Source of the DNA: Octopus bimaculoides
Lineage: Eukaryota
Reading direction: 5' to 3'
Length of the DNA stretch: 64,000 nt
Assembly (NCBI RefSeq): GCF_001194135.2
Contig: NC_068989.1
Location: 34,945,831-35,009,830 of the forward strand
The notes under the pieces: model-generated
The model's database searches: none
What the model was told of the DNA's origin: nothing
Seen by the model: only the letters and a program-made list of their open reading frames with translations
Shown here: positions 12,517 to 25,859 of the stretch, piece by piece
Layout of the letters: each line of letters opens with the position of its first letter
How positions within the stretch are numbered: position 1 is the stretch's first letter
Program-made: the position numbers and the translations under genes

Positions 12517-13726
12517 GTAAGTTATATTGATTTCATTCAGAAGACATTTTTTCTTTTATTTTTATTTTAAAAATCATTTTCTGTCCTGTATGAAATAGTT
12601 CTGAAAGCTTGTATCATCATCATCATCATTTAATGTCTGTTTTCCTTGCTGGCTTGGGCTGGGTGGTTTGACAAGATCCAGTCAGCCGCAGAATTATGTT
12701 GAGTTCTAATGTCAGCTTTGATGTAGTTTCTATGGTTGGATGCCCTTCCTCACACCAACCATTTTACAGTTTGTACTGGGCGCCCTTTCATGACACTAGT
12801 ACTAAGAAAAGTCACCAAGTAACTTGCAAGACAAAAGGAAAAGGAAAAGCCCTTTCAGCAGAGTCAAAGGAAAGGAGATAACTGTATGCCAGATATTGAA
12901 AGGCTTAGGTATGATAGAAGACAAGCACTGGTGTCTTGCTATAGAGGGGATACATGGCTACCCTGCATTATTTTTATAATGTTATTTCTGTATATATCTC
13001 CTTAGTGTCATGCACTAATACAGTGTGATATATAGTACCATGGAACGGGGTAGACACCAACTGTCTCCACTTGATGTATTCCCAAATACTCTGCCAACAA
13101 CTGTAACCAATCCAAAACAACTTCTCAACGAACTATAACTACTTCTCAACAATTTTCTGTAACTCCACAAACTCACGAACGACACCTTTCAACTTCCTGT
13201 GATTTCTCATCTTTCACTCGCAGTCAAACACGCTGCTACTTATACGAGTTCGGCCAGTCCATTCTCACAGCAGGCGTCATGATTCTTGCCATAATAATTA
13301 TATAAGGGTAGATGGGAGTAGCTGCAAAGAAGATAGAGATAGTAGTCATGAGGTATCAGAGCATATTCTCAAGATACAACAGGGCGAGTAAAAGAGAGAA
13401 TACAGAGAATCAGAAGAAAGGGAGAGTACAGGGAATTTTATAAGCGTACAAGAGGAGGGTGACAGACAGTTAGAAATCGGGGTATAGGTTATTGTAATGA
13501 ATAGTGAACAAGGATTGGATATTTGTATATATTGTCAGCAGATTCTCATTTTAGAATCAACATCACTTGTGTCATAGGGAAGTGATTCATATTTGAGTTA
13601 AGATGAATGAAGGTAAATTCAAGGTCTTAAGCACAAATGTCTAATATGTGATGACATAATAAGAAAGCACCAAACCTTCAGCTGCTCTATTTGGTAAATT
13701 AGATTTAATCAGATGTAGACACGGCA

Positions 13727-14435
13727 GTCATCATCATCATCATAATCATCGTTTAACGTCCGCTTTCCATGCTAGCATGGGTTGGACGATTTGACTGAGG
13801 ACTGATGAAACTGGATGGCAACACCAGGCTCCAATCTAATTTGGCAGAGTTTCTACAGCTGGATGCCCTTCCTAACGCCAACCACTCAAAGAGTGTAGTG
13901 GGTGCTTTTACGTGTCACCCGCACGAAGGCCAGTCAGGCGGTACTGGCAACGGCCACGCTCAAATGGTGTCTTTTATGTGCCACCCGCACAAGAGCCAGT
14001 CCAGGGGCACTGGCAATGATCTCGCTCGAAAATCCTACGAAGGCCAGTCACGTGGTACTGACAACAGCCACGCTCAAAATGGTGCATCTTATATGCCACC
14101 CGCACAAGAGCCAGGGGCACTGGCAACGATCTCACTTGGTCTCACTTGGCTTACCGGGTCTTCTCACGCACAGCACATTTCCAAAGGTCTCGGTCAGTAG
14201 TCATCGCCTCGGTGAGGCCCAATGTTTGAAGGTCTTGCCTCACCACCTCAGCCCAGGTTTTCCTGGGCCCACCTCTTCCACGGGTTCCCTCAACTGTTAG
14301 GATGTGGCACTTTTTCACGCAGCTATCCCCATCCATTCTCACCACATGTCCATACCAGCACAATCATCTCTCTTGCACACCACAACTGATGCTTCTTATG
14401 TTCAGCTTTTCTCTCAAGATACTTACACTCTGTCG
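13727..14435 (-). mobile_element. 5'-truncated RTE LINE (ORF end + 3' UTR + (ATG)n tail)
   Basis: WYGHVVRMD...VEGTRGRGGPRKTW RTE C-terminus; about 60-bp subrepeats in the UTR. Confidence 0.88.
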
Positions 14436-16893
14436 GGTCAGTCTATTTGCCATAAGTGATGATATTCCAGGAATGTAGCAAGCTCAAGTCTCTAGCAATG
14501 TGACATTGCTAATCATACATGATAATACATTATTAAGGGTTGGGAAATACAACCAAAGCAACAAAGGGCTACACTGTAGCTGACATTAGGCTACACTGAT
14601 ATTTTATGATCCCTTGGTTTTTTTGCATTCAAACTTTTCTGAAGTCAAATTTTTAAAATTTCATTTGAATGACCCCTCCCCTCACTTTCCACTATGAAAA
14701 TTCTTGGGCTAATGCAGAATTGCACCTCTCCTTGAAAAATGCATTAAAAAAAAAAATTTTTTTGTGATTCCTATGTTTTAAATGTTGGCAATTATGAATA
14801 TACGAAATTTTTTTTTTAAATCCCCCCCCCCCCATTTAAAGGTTTGATTTTGTTTACTTTAAAGTGATTGCAGTGAATTGACGAACATATGCAAATTGAA
14901 ATTAAATATAGACAAAAACATTAAAGTGAAAAGAATTTGCGCTTTACTTGTGTTTGCCTTAAATAATTGTAAATAATAATTGAATGTTAATTAAAGATAC
15001 ATCATTTTATGAGAAACAAATAATGTTTAATAATTAATGTTATAAAGTTTAATAAGGGGCTCAAATTTCAGCCCCTCCCCCAATTTTAAATTTTTTCATC
15101 CATTTATTCATTTGTCTGTCTATCTATTTATTCCTATCCATTTATTCACTAAATGTGACGGTCCTATAGAAGACAGTATTACTGCTGTTTTTAGCCTCAG
15201 TAAGACATTCATATCTCTATCTCTTTTTACACATATCTATATGCTTATTGAATTTAAAATTTTGAATGATGGCCTTATTTATATATTTTCTGAAATGTGG
15301 ACAATCATTTAAAAAATATATTGTTTTATAAGGAAAGACAGATGAATTGCAAAGGTTGTGTAATTTCTGATATCAGAAAATCTAAGATAATGCATTATGC
15401 TCTTTTTCATTTAACAACAAACAGACTTGGTAACACATCATTTGTTACACTGAATGTGAATTGTGAATTTTAAAACATCTATTTGGTTCAGGATAACTCA
15501 GAACTGTGACCAAAGGTGTTCTAGCTGTTAACAAACTGTCTTTATTTCAGATATAATGTATTTGGGATTACATATTTGTAAAGTGGTAGATGTTAATTGA
15601 GGAAGATTTCATGGCCAGTACTAGCAGATTGAACAACCACAGAGTGGCTCAAGCTGTGTTAGTATGAAATATTTTTGTAGGCAGCTGGAGTGAAGATTAT
15701 TAGTAAGCTTGTGGAATTTACTGTGTCTACATAAGTACTGTCCCTAGCATTTCCTTCAGGAAACTCTTTAAGGCAGTTACACCAACATCAGGAGTCTATG
15801 ATATTTTGTATATTGACAATCTGATTTTCAGTAGAAAATTTGTTGAAGAACTGTAAAAAAAATTGAAACATGAAAAAGTGGGCCAAAGTCAAAAGTTTTA
15901 ATGGTTAACAGTAGTAGCAAGGGACAATCTAGAAGCATGTGAGAAGTGGCCTTGCTCAGTTGCTAGGGAGTAGCTTAAAACTCAGTATCATGTACTAAGT
16001 GTAAGCAAAGGATTCCTTGATAAACTGACAGGGAACTAGAACTTCAGTTTTGCTGAAGACCAAGTCTATTCAACTGACGTGATGGATATTATTGATCATT
16101 TCTGCTCCTTCAACAATACAGTTAGTACTGTAGAGGATTCTAGGGAATAGGGAAGAAGAAGTTTTGTGAATTTTTAGCAACAGTATATTAGCTATATGAG
16201 ATATGTATGGAAAGTTAGACAGTGCATCATCATCATTATCATTTAACATTCATGTTCCACACTGACAGTTTGACTGATGGGTCCAAATGCTACATTGTGC
16301 TTGAATGTCTGCTTTGACATGGTTTCTAGGCTGGATGCTCTTCCTAATACCAACCATTTTACAATGTGCACTGGGTGCTTTTTTTGTGGCACCAGCAGTA
16401 GTGAGGTCACCATGTAGCTTGAATTAAGATCTTCTTTGGCTAAGAGTTGCAGTTGAAGGTTTGATGCCTCCTTATTAGGTCATAAATTGGACTTTGTGCT
16501 TTTTAATAAGCTTTTCAATTTACCTTCACTTATTTTAACTACCTGGTAATGGAAAGTGGAAACATCTGCAGTAGTCGAAGAGAAAAAGTTGGTCTTTGGG
16601 TAACTTTATCAGAATTTCCTTTGTTGCAAGTATTTAAACCAGATCTTAGTTCACATTTTTTTGCTGTCAGTGTTCTGGTTGGTTATCAGTTACATCAATC
16701 TTATCAGTTTGCAAAGGTCTAGAAAGAAAAGAAGACAATGTAGACAGAATAAACATAAAGTATAAGACCAAAACAGTATGGAAAAATGTATTAAAACTTA
16801 TTCAAACTATGTTAGGATAGAAAATCAAGCATTAATATAAAGATGATGCATTTAGCCACTAATAATAATTAATTCTTTTGTCTTTCTTTTCAG

Positions 16894-17038
16894 CTAAATA
16901 TGTGGTGGAACAGTCTCAGTGATGGACAGAAGTATGTAGTTAGCATTATTGGAGCAAATGTTCTTGTGTTTCTAGCATGGCGATTGCCATCTGCACAACC
17001 TACCTTGATGAAATACTTCTGCAGTAATCCAAACTCTG
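16894..17038 (+). CDS. PARL: PARL exon 4
   Basis: tttcag acceptor; LNMWWNSLSDGQKYVVSIIGANVLVFLAWRLPSAQPTLMKYFCSNPNS; phase requires the donor gtgtgt at 17039. Confidence 0.92.
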
Positions 17039-17281
17039 GTGTGTGAGTTAGAAATTTATTACTGTTTTTCTGTTCAAATTCTTCAGATGCCTAGATATTT
17101 TTTGAAAGAGATAAGTACAAGCATGGTTGTATGGTTAAGAAGTTTGCTTTTCAAGCACATGATTTTGGGTTTAGTCCAACTGCATAGCACCTCAGGCAAA
17201 TGTCTCCTACTATCACCCCAGGCTGATCAAAACCTTGTGAGTGGATTTGGTAGACAGAAACTGAAAGATGCTGTTTGTCTA

Positions 17282-17346
<65 letters not shown>

Positions 17347-18582
17347 TGTCTTATATGTTTCCTTGCTCTCCACTTTTATTTTATTACCTCTGCCTTCGCT
17401 AAGGCAGAGGTATTGTTTTCAGTTGTGTTTGTTTGTTTGTCTGTAGACAAGATATCTCAAGAACTGCTGGATGAATTCAGATGACACTTTCAGTGATGTT
17501 TGGCCTCATGACTGGCACAAACTGATTAGATTTTGGAATTGATCTGGTACTGGAAAAGGATTCTGGATTATTTTTCCTTTTTTTTTTTTTACTGAAGTTT
17601 TGAGAGTGGTCTGGTTTATTTTTAGTATTCTTGTTTGTGAGAGCACTTGAGTTTATTTCAGACATTCACATTTTAAAAATCATCTCCAGCCAATTGTTGA
17701 GAGGATGTTGGTGTTGCCTTGGCCGAGATTTTCACTCTCTGAGTGCTCTTGTTCTGTCTAGATCTGTTTCTTAGCCTGTATGGCTCTGTGTACTGTATCA
17801 TTACACCACCTTGTTAACTTCTGCTTGGCTGAGACATTGTGTTATGCTAGAATCTGTCTGTAGCTTTCAGCAACATTTGTCTCCCAGTTGTATTTCATTT
17901 GTTTTTATTTTTGTTTTTACCATGCTGCATGGGTTAGATGGATATATTTTTGAGGAGAGGGAAGGTTAGCTTCTAGGGGTATTCAGAGTGAAATCCTAAG
18001 GCTGGTGGAGATAAAGGTTGTCCCCATGTTCTCAGGGAAGGGCTGGCTAAAGCTAAGAAATAGGGTATGTGAGCATGGTGGTAATTTGATACAGCTAGGT
18101 ATAAAAGTTGTTTAAATTATGTGGCTTAAAATAAGGGAAAGATGGGTTGCAGAGTTATCCTGTTAGTTGAGAATAAGATTATTTCCATGGTTCTATGTAG
18201 AAGAGAAAATGTTTAGCTACAAATTGTTATTGTTGATGAAAGAGGTGTGTGAGTGGAAGTACTTTATCACAGCAAATCACACAGATTTTTTACAATGCTC
18301 TTGATTTAATTATCGTTACCACATATAGTTTAAGAAATATCATTTTATCATCAACTTTTCTATGCTTGCATGAGTCAGATGGAATTCACTGAGGCAGATT
18401 TTCTACAGTCAGATGCTTTTCTTGTTTTCAAGCAACATAATATTTCCTCATGGTTGGATATGTTTTCACAGAAGACAGGACACAGGGGACTCTGCTTGTA
18501 TGATGGTAACACTTATTTACAACAATCCTCTGATGACATGACAAAGAGACACGAACATATATATGCACATACACATATATAT

Positions 18583-18659
<77 letters not shown>

Positions 18660-18662
<3 letters not shown>

Positions 18663-19230
18663 CATCATCATCGTTTAACGTCTGCTTTCCATGCTAGCAT
18701 GGGTTGGATGATTTGACTGAGAACTGGTGATCCAGATGGCTACACCAGGCTCCAATCTAATTTGGCAGAGTTTCTACAGCTGGATGCCCTTCCTAATGCC
18801 AACCACTCTGAGAGTGTAGTGAGTGCTTTTACGTGCCACCGGCACGAAGGCTAGTCAGGCAGTACTGGCAACGGCCACGCTCAAAATGGTGTATTTTACG
18901 TGCCACCTCCACAGGAGCCAGTCCAGCAGCACTGGCAATGATCTCACTCAAATGACTTTTCACATGCCACCGGCACAAGTGCCAGGAAGGCGACGCTGGT
19001 AACGATCACGCTCGAAAAGTGGTGCCATCACGATTTCGCTTGCCCCAACAGGTCTTCGCAAGCAGAGTTTAGTGTCCAATGGAGGAGATGTTGGCATGGG
19101 GGCCTGTCGTTGAATTTAGTTCGACTTCGATTTCACTTGCCTCAACAGGTCTTTGCAAGCGGAGTATGCATAAGTGGGCTGGCTACATCCCTGGCAGAGG
19201 CCTTGGATTTTGGTCTCACTTGGCTTGCCA
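18660..19230 (-). mobile_element. RTE LINE 3' UTR fragment
   Basis: Near-identical to 13740-14000 (ttaacgtc(c/t)gctttccatgctagcatggg...). Confidence 0.8.
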
Positions 19231-19531
19231 GGCACAGGGGTGACTGCGTGGTAAGTAGCTTGCTTGCCAACCACATGGTTCCGGGTTCAGTCCCACTGCA
19301 TGGCACCTTGGGCAACTGTCTACTACTATAGCTTCAGGCTGACCAAAGCCTTGAGTAGATTTGGTAGACGGAAACTGAAAGAAGTCCATCACACACATGA
19401 ATGTTTATGTTTGTGAGTGTATGTGTCTGCTGTGTTCCCCCACCATTGCTTGAAAACCAATGTTGGTGTGTTTACATCACTGTAACTTAGCAGTTTGGCA
19501 AAAGCCGACCGATAGAATAAGTACTAGGCTT
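19231..19531 (+). mobile_element. Octopus-type tRNA-derived SINE
   Basis: ggcacagg...gtggtaagtagcttgc...ggttcagtccc head; same family at 17110-17290, 29073-29335, 31337-31682, 35372-35690(-), 37324-37465, 50010-50200(-), 53304-53700, 59095-59472. Confidence 0.8.
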
Positions 19532-19533
19532 AA

Positions 19534-20334
19534 TGTTATTCAATAAAGCCACCTTCAGCTTCAACAACTGCTTCTTTATGAGATCTAAATCATCTACATG
19601 CTTGAATAAAATGGTTCTGGTTCAAAAAATCTTTGATGTTATGGGTGTGTTCATTGACCTCTCTCTCAACAACACTTCACATGTAAATAGTCCAATGGAT
19701 TGAGATCTGAGAAATCAGGAGGCTTATGTAATCATGAAAATTTTCAGCTATCTATTCCTGTGTTACTAGAACCATGTGTGATAGTACAGAGTCTTACTAA
19801 AACACATATGGCCTTCCATTGCATACACTGTCTATCCAGGGTTTAACAATTGTTTCCTGAACCTCAATGTAGGTGGTAGAGTTAACTCTAAGGCCTTGTG
19901 GAAAGAAGTAAGGAGGCATCACATGTCCTTCATTGCTGACAACCCCTAAAACCATGACAGTTGCAGGAAATTGTGTATGCACAACACTTGGAACTTCAAA
20001 AGGGTCTGCACATAACCATCTGTCATTTCTTCTGTTAACTTTTTGATCTTGGTCGAAGTTTTTCAATTGACCTCATGGACTTTCTGGTATTGTAATCAAT
20101 GATCTGTTGAACTTGCTGGATAAATTCAGGTGTTCTGATGATTTCAAAGTGTTTAGAATGCTTTTTATGCTTTGATATGTTTCCATCTTCAGTCTCTAGC
20201 TCCTTACAAACTTTATAGATGAAAGATCTGGTAACTTTTAAAAATCAAGATATTTCCAAATTGCTAATCTCAGCCTTTATAACCACATTAAGAGCATGCC
20301 TCTTCATTTCTTGAGTAAGTTGAGGGTCTGCCAT
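19534..20334 (-). mobile_element. Decayed Tc1/mariner-superfamily transposase, maT/DD37D-like
   Basis: ATG at 20334 (MADPQLTQEMKRHA...), KNFDQDQKVNRRNDRW...FPATVMVLGVVSNEG...VMPP, DLNPLDY and AVVEAEGGFIE-stop; many stops and frameshifts. Confidence 0.7.
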
Positions 20335-20799
20335 TATTTTCTGAAACAACGATTATACAGAGTTAGCAAAAAATGCAGCAATGACCAGAAAATGGTATGT
20401 CTTCAGGCACCTTACGCACCCTGTATGGGTGTGTGTGTGTGGAGGGAAGGGGGTGAGTGTGTGTGTGCTTGCGTCTTCTTGTCTTGACATTATATGATAG
20501 CTATGAGTGTCATTGTCATACAAATAATGTTTTTACAATATTCTATGAAAACATGTCCAAGCAAGGATTGGTAACAAGAAGAGCATTCAGACAGAAAATC
20601 TGCTTTAATTAATCCGTCTGACCATGCAAGGATGGAAAGTGGATGTTAAAATGATGATAAAGATATATTTATCAAATCTTTCTCTAGTTTTGGTCTAGTG
20701 CTAGAAAATTCTGTACTTAAGCAATTATTTTTGTTAATTATATTAAATTTCCTTTTATTAAGTATTTCATATACAATTTTCTCCTTTTTCTTTTTCTAG

Positions 20800-20949
20800 C
20801 GGCACCATGCTGGTCAATGCTTCTGTCAGCATTTAGCCAATACAACTTTATGCATTTGTTTACTAATATGTATGTCCTCTGGTCATTTTCAAATGTAGCA
20901 TTAAATTTATTTGGAAAAGAACAATTCCTTGCCTTTTATCTGAGTTCTG
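20800..20949 (+). CDS. PARL: PARL exon 5
   Basis: tttctag/gtaagt; 150 nt; [29 protein letters not shown]...[10 protein letters not shown], rhomboid HxxxN motif. Confidence 0.95.
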
Positions 20950-22605
20950 GTAAGTGTTTCTCCTTTCTTTCATTTCATATTTGTAGCATATTCACAACAG
21001 AAATTGTAGTAATCTTCTGTGGAGAGGTGGGGCTTTAAGTTGGACCTTTGTATGCTTCCACAACAGGATCTCTTCATTCTGCTACCCTCTCAACTATGAA
21101 GTATGATTGGGATTTGTTGTCAGATTGAAGTAAACTTGGCAGCATAGTCAACTGAAAAGCATATGGCCATTAGCCACTGGACCTAATATCTATATATTAA
21201 TGTGCTCAGGCCAAATGTTGGTTAGTTGAAAGGAGAGGTGAAGAGAGAGAGAGAGGAGTGTGACCAGTGAAAGCTAGGAAAAGGTGATTGCTATTATGTT
21301 ATGAGGATAAATAGTTGAAGGAAGAGAGAAAGAGAGAGAGAGAGAATGTGTTTAGCACAGGGGGTCGTGGTATAGTTGAAAGAAGAGGCAAAGAGAATGA
21401 GTGTGTTTACTGAAGGGAACATCCATTTGTCATGATGCATCAATATATCTTAAATAACATGTCTGTACAGTAACATGATTTTAAATGTCTTATAAAATAT
21501 TGTGATAGACAATATCTTATGATTTTCAAAATAACTGTGGGTTTTCCTTGAGTACTACTAGTCTGAAATGACTCTTTAATTATCAGAGCTTCTTGGGTAA
21601 AAGGCTTGTAAGAAAATATAAGATTTTCTTGAACATTGAGAGCAGGTTAGCTTGTCATGGCTTATTTGTCTTTAAACCTGTACCATCCTATTATGTAGAT
21701 GTTCAGTGGCAGCTCGTATATAGGCACTGTAGAACTGCATCACCCCCTATTTCCACTTGATATTATCGATAACATTCAATATAATGAGTCCTTTTTTCTT
21801 TAATTCTTTCTTTATACTTGTACATTATATAATTCTTACGCTTAATGTCAGTAGCCATTCCCTAGTTTATAAAAAAAAATACAAAAATTCTTGTATAGAA
21901 CTGTGCGCTTCACAGTTCTAGTGATGAAGTGTTTGTTGTGCACATGCTTACATGTCCGAGATAGGAAGCTTCACGCTAGGGAGAGACAGTACTATCATTC
22001 ACGCAGTGCTGGTGAAAAGTAGTGTTTCTTTTTGACTCTGCGTGTGTTGTGCTTAAAAACATGTTTATATTCTTGAATGTGATGAAGTGTAGAATTAGAT
22101 TATTATCCTGCTTCCAGCTTCAGTGTTGTTGCTGGGATTTGAAAAATAGGGCAGATTCCCCACCCGGATTTTTGAAAAACAAGGAGGAAATTTGTGGCAG
22201 TGTTCAGTGAACAAATTAAACACCCTATCCAGCAGTGGCTAAAATATGAACTGATCAAGTTTATGTATAAATATTCTTTTTATATGTTTGTTTCCTTTTA
22301 TACAATGTCAAAACAACAGCTAAAACTTTTCTGAAGCAGCACCCCAACTAATTTTATCTATGAGCTGCCACTGTAGCTGTTCATCCTATTATGTAGGAGT
22401 TTTCAGAATTTTATTCTGAGCTACTTGTATTAATATTCTTTTGCTAACACTTGTTTATTGAAGCTTCGTTATGTAGAAATAGACAGTCTGATATTGATGA
22501 GAATGTTGGGTTTTATAAATGAGATAATTAAGACACATGAAAAGATATTGTAATACAGATTAGTTTTGCAGAAGCCAATTTAGAAAATAGATGTAAGTTA
22601 AGAAA

Positions 22606-22790
22606 TCCAAATGTTCAATTCTGTTTATTGTAGCTCTAAATCTTGAAAATTTCATCCCTTCATTTGTTTTGTTACCCACTCTGTTTTTATCCAAATGTTC
22701 TATTGTTTCCTCTACTGTAGCTCTAATTCTTGAAAACTTCATCTGTTTGTCTGTCTGTCTCTTCATTTGTTTTGTTACCCATTCTGTTTT
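22606..22790 (+). repeat. Imperfect tandem duplication (~90-100 bp, 2 copies)
   Basis: atccaaatgttc...tgtagctcta...tcttgaaaa...cttcatttgttttgttaccca repeated. Confidence 0.75.
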
Positions 22791-23114
22791 CTCTTGTACA
22801 TATTATGACTCTATCCTTGCTTTTCCCATGTTATAGGTTAATTAGCAGCTTTTGCTTTGTGGATATTTTACATTGCCTTTATCTAGGGAATAGGGCAACC
22901 ATGGTGTTTGGTTGTCCATGGTCCAGCCATCTTGGCCTTGCCATGAGGGTATAACTTCTGTTCCATATAAATTAGCTCCCTTAAGTTTCTCTACCTCATA
23001 TTTGTGATACTTGCCTCACTCAGTGGACATTACGAAGAAAAATGTTCAGATAAGCAACTCTGTCCGACCTAGCACACAACTAATCCTCACATTATACCAC
23101 TCATATTATTATTA

Positions 23115-23640
23115 TTAGGTTGTCAAGAAAGTTCTTGCAGTTTTTAACCTTTAAATTCAGATGCACATATCTCGGCTCAAACAAAACTTTATTAATTGAA
23201 ATAAGCACCATCAGAATCAACACACTTTTGCCAACGCGAGACAAGTTTACTTATGCTAGTAGCGTAAAAATCCTGTGTTCTGGTGGCAATGAAGTCATTG
23301 AAGGTGTGTTTGGCACTATCTTGGTTTTTGAAGCATTTCTCATGCTGGAAGTTGTCGAGATACTTGAAAAAGTGGTAGTCGGTAGGCAAGAGGTCTGGTG
23401 AGTATGGTGGATGAGGCAGAGTTTTGTAGCCAAATTCATTCAATTTTTGCGGGGTCAGTTGTGTGACGGGTGATCAAGCATTGTCGTAGAGAAGAATTGG
23501 TCCTTTTCTATTGACCAATGCTGGCTGTTGTTGGAGTTTCTTATGCATTTCATCCATTTGCTGACAGTACTTCTCCGCCGTAATGGTTTCGCCTGGATCC
23601 CAAAAGCTGTGATGAATGAGACTGGCCACAGACCACCAAA
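23115..23640 (-). mobile_element. mariner 3' fragment with one TIR
   Basis: TA + TTAGGTTGTCAAGAAAGTTCTTGCAGTTTT TIR; PHPPYSPDLLPTDYHFF, ...SRWQKCVDSDGAYFN, upstream GPILLYDNA. Confidence 0.9.
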
Positions 23641-24318
23641 CATGCTACACTCTAATGGTGGAGGGAACCTGTGGAAGAGGTAGACCTAGGAAGACATAGG
23701 ACTTGGTGGTGAAGCATGATCTTCGATTGTTGGGCCTCACAGCAGTAATGACAAGTGACAGAGACCTTTGGTGATATGCCATGCTTGAGAAGACCCATCA
23801 AGCCAAGTGAGATTGTAGTTATGTAACTGGCTTGAGAAGACCTGTGAAGCCAAATGAGATTGTAGTCGTGTAACTGGCATGTAAAAAGGCACCCTTTGAA
23901 TGTTGGGCAATATGCTGTGCTTGAGGAAACCTGTCAATCCAAGTGAAATTGTAGTTGTGGCCAATACCAGTACCATGTAACTGGCACATAAAATCCACTG
24001 TTTGAATGTTGGGCCTCAACAGAGGCTGTGACAGGTGACTGAGACCTTTGGCGATATGCTGTGCTTGAGTAGACCTGTCAAACCGAGTGACATCGTAGTC
24101 ATGGCTGATGCCAGTATCATGTAACTGGCACCCATGCCAATGGCACATAAAAAGCATTCACTACAGTCTTGCAGTGGTTGGAGTTAGGAAGGGCACCCAG
24201 CTGTAGAAACTATGCCAAATCAGATTGGAACCTGGTGCCACTCCCCAGCTTACTAGTTTTCAGTCAAACTGTCCAACCCATGCCAACATGGAAAGTGGAC
24301 GTTAAATGATGATGATGA
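23640..24318 (+). mobile_element. RTE LINE 3' end, plus orientation, with expanded UTR subrepeats
   Basis: VEGTCGRGRPRKT-type coding end, repeated ~60-bp units, gttaaatgatgatgatg tail. Confidence 0.75.
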
Positions 24319-24889
24319 ATAGTTGTGGAATTTAATTTGAACTGGTTAAGGGAGATAAACCAAAACTAGTTTATTGTAACTCCTAGTACAAACTTGCACC
24401 AGATTTCACTGTCACTTCAAGGTCTGCAAAGTGAGAACTAGTAATATAATATGCTAATTAACTTTATCTCTACCCTTAAAAAAATAAAAGTATTTTGAAG
24501 TATAGGAAGAAACTGATATTGAATAAATCTTTTAAGAAAACAGGTGGCAAGCTAACAGAATCATTAGTGCAGTATTTCTTTTGATTCTTCATGTTCTGAG
24601 CTCAACTTTATTCTCTATCCTTTGGTAGGGAGGGTCATTGAAATATTGTACCAGTCAAGTATTAGGTGGATCTAATTGATTAACATCACCCACTCAAAAT
24701 CAACTGAAGTAAAATTAGATGTATTTTCCATATAATATGCCATCTAATTATGGCACATTATATGGAAAATACATCTAATTTTACTTCAGATTATTTCATC
24801 TATGTCACAATGTTGTTTATTGTTTTGTTTTGTTAAAAAAAAAACCTAGCATAGAAAATGTGGTATTAATAATAATATTTATTTTCCAG

Positions 24890-24960
24890 CCACGGTTGCC
24901 TCTCTGCTCAGCTACTGTGTCAAGATTACCCGATGCCAATTTACACCTTCTGTTGGTGCT
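24890..24960 (+). CDS. PARL: PARL exon 6
   Basis: ttttccag/gtaagt; 71 nt; TVASLLSYCVKITRCQFTPSVGA, first half of the GASG motif. Confidence 0.93.
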
Positions 24961-25536
24961 GTAAGTTTCAGTTTTTGTTCTAAGGCCCTAATTTTGACTC
25001 ATTCTTTTCTATTTTTTCCCCTTAAACTTTTTAATTCTGTATTTACTATTTATTCTAAATACTATATTATTTGGTCATTTAATTATTGAGTGCAGCAAAC
25101 ATAATTGAAAAGAGGTAAAATCTTAGCAAGCCCACACTGTAACTTTGTTTTGATACCTGGTTGATCCTCCAGCTCAGCCTTGACGGAAGACATATTGTCA
25201 AAGGTATCCCACCAACCTTTATCTACATCAAGACACTTATTCCTGTTCCTCTATCATACTTTCAACACTTGGCATAATGCCACCTCCTCTTCTTTTAAAT
25301 ACACTTCCATTCAGCTGAGGCTTTTTCGTGTCTTGCCAGTTACTTGGCAACCTTACTAATGTTGGTGGCATGAAAAACAAATCACCCAGTACACACTGTT
25401 AAACAGTTGGGGTTAGGAAGAGTATTCAGGTATAGAAAACACTGATGCTGTCATTGGAGCTTGACTGTTGTGTGATCTGTAGGATCCTGTCAAACCATCC
25501 AACCCATGCTAGCATGGAAAACAGATGGTGGTGATG

Positions 25537-25578
<42 letters not shown>

Positions 25579-25859
25579 AAGGCACATTGCCTAGTGGTTA
25601 GGCTATCAATCATAAGGTCATGGATTCACTTTCTGGAGGTTGGCATGTTGTGTCCTTGAGCATGGCATGCTCTAGTCTCTCTCTCCCTCTTGCTGTTACA
25701 TCCTCAGTGTTCTGTTGAGTCAAGGAGGTGGGAGGGATGAAAGAGTGTTATGTTTGCTCATCACCACACAGGCACCTAAAATAGCTAGTGAAAACCTGGT
25801 ATATGCTACCAAGTCATGTTTGGTTGCAAGTGATAGCTATGGTTTCATATATATTATTT

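Noticed and set aside
13024-13305. Possible solo LTR in PARL intron 3
   Set aside because: Only one TG/CA terminus is evident and no TSD was found.
21921-21959. Box C (GTGATGA) and D-like CCGA, possible intronic snoRNA
   Set aside because: Too short (about 40 nt), box D is non-canonical, and no guide is recognisable.
23750-24150. Regularly spaced ~60-bp repeats suggesting a CRISPR-like array
   Set aside because: These are whole-unit tandem subrepeats of the RTE 3' UTR with no unique spacers, in a eukaryotic context.
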